From Octopus sinensis (taxonomy: Eukaryota): a stretch of DNA of 64,000 nt. Below are positions 63,090 to 64,000 of the stretch, piece by piece (position 1 is the stretch's first letter; the number at the start of each line of letters is the position of its first letter). The position numbers were made by a program, and so were the translations under genes. Below the pieces are notes generated by a model. It made no database searches, had not been told where the DNA came from, and was given only the letters and a program-made list of their open reading frames with translations. Location: assembly GCF_006345805.1 (NCBI RefSeq), contig NC_042999.1, positions 8,122,001 to 8,186,000 of the forward strand. The letters are read 5' to 3'.

Positions 63090-64000
63090 AAGAAAATTAC
63101 TATTTTAAAACCTCACAACAACCGATATTCAGCAACAGTACTTTGGAGTAAAGATTGTTTGCCAACATAACATGGCAGTTCCTGGTTTAGGACGAATGTT
63201 GCAGTAATTTAGCCCCAGGAGACATTGTCACCAGCTGGCTATACAACACAATCTGTATCCTTCTATTTTCGAACAAGGGAATCTAGCACACCCCACTCAG
63301 CTCAAAACAATATCTGTGTATCGCAATTCCTGGGTTATTTCCTTCATCAGCATAGAATAATTGTTTGGCTAGGGGTGGTGCTGCCAAATTCCTGTTCGAA
63401 ATGTATAGTTTTCATAGTGACAACTAGTCACTGATCTATAAATTAGAAAATTACTATTTGTAAATCTCACAACGAGCGATATTCGGCAACAGTACTTCGG
63501 AGTAAAGATTGTTTGCCAACATAACATGGCAGTCCTGGTTTAGGACGAATGTTGCTGTAATTTAGCCCCAGGAGACATTGTCACCAGCTGGCTATACGAC
63601 ATGATCTGTGTCCTTATATTTTTGAACAGGGGAATCTAGCACCCCTACTCAGCTCAAAAATATAAGGACACAGATTGTGCCGTATAACCAGCTGGAGACG
63701 ATGTCTCCTAGGGCTGCAACTGAAAACTGAGAGGTGGTGCTATCAAAGAGATCCAAAATTAGTTCGTCATTAAACAGGAAGATATATGGATTAAAGATTG
63801 TTTGCCAACACAACATGGCAGTCCTGGTTTAGGATGAATGTTGCTGTAATTTAGCCCCAGGAGACATTGTCTCCAGCTGGCTATACGACACAATCTGTGT
63901 CCTTATATTTTCGAACAAGGGAATCTAGCACCCCCACTCAGCTCAAAACAATATCTGTGTATCACGATTTCCAGATTATTTCCCTTCATCTGCACAGAAT
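63090..64000. repeat. Local tandem array of three about 170-bp core units with an embedded foldback
   Basis: agattgtttgccaac...ggagacattgtc(a/t)ccagctggctatac...ctcagctcaaaa at about 63151, 63506 and 63796. Inverted copy at 63656-63715. Confidence 0.85.

Overview
Eukaryotic, AT-rich, microsatellite-dense genomic DNA. Its repeat families look most like an octopod cephalopod (Octopus); this is inferred from recall, not from a search. The only host coding sequence I can support is three in-frame, phase-1 exons on the + strand (8005-8223, 29071-29367, 58641-58844) of a follistatin-related FSTL4/5-like gene (FOLN/Kazal domain, linker, two EF-hands), separated by introns of about 21 kb and 29 kb. 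The start and end of the gene lie outside the window. The introns contain at least four SINE-like families, fragments of RLE-type (R4/Dong-like, HERO-like), RTE/RTEX-like, CR1-like and Ingi/Vingi-like LINEs, three non-autonomous Helitrons, a mariner remnant and an 8-bp-TSD MITE. The most notable signal is a small element built as TSD / inverted tail / tRNA-derived Pol III head / (AAT)n / tail with a minimal hammerhead ribozyme / TSD, present at 13.7-14.2 kb and 27.0-27.6 kb. The same tail, inverted end and TSD architecture also flank a decayed Penelope GIY-YIG endonuclease at 30.4-30.9 kb. This suggests a tRNA-headed SINE or retrozyme mobilised by a Penelope-like element. Two further hammerhead families, with core variants, also occur. 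Almost all ORFs in the supplied track are artefacts of repeats or microsatellites. Repeat coordinates are approximate unless a TSD or terminus is quoted.
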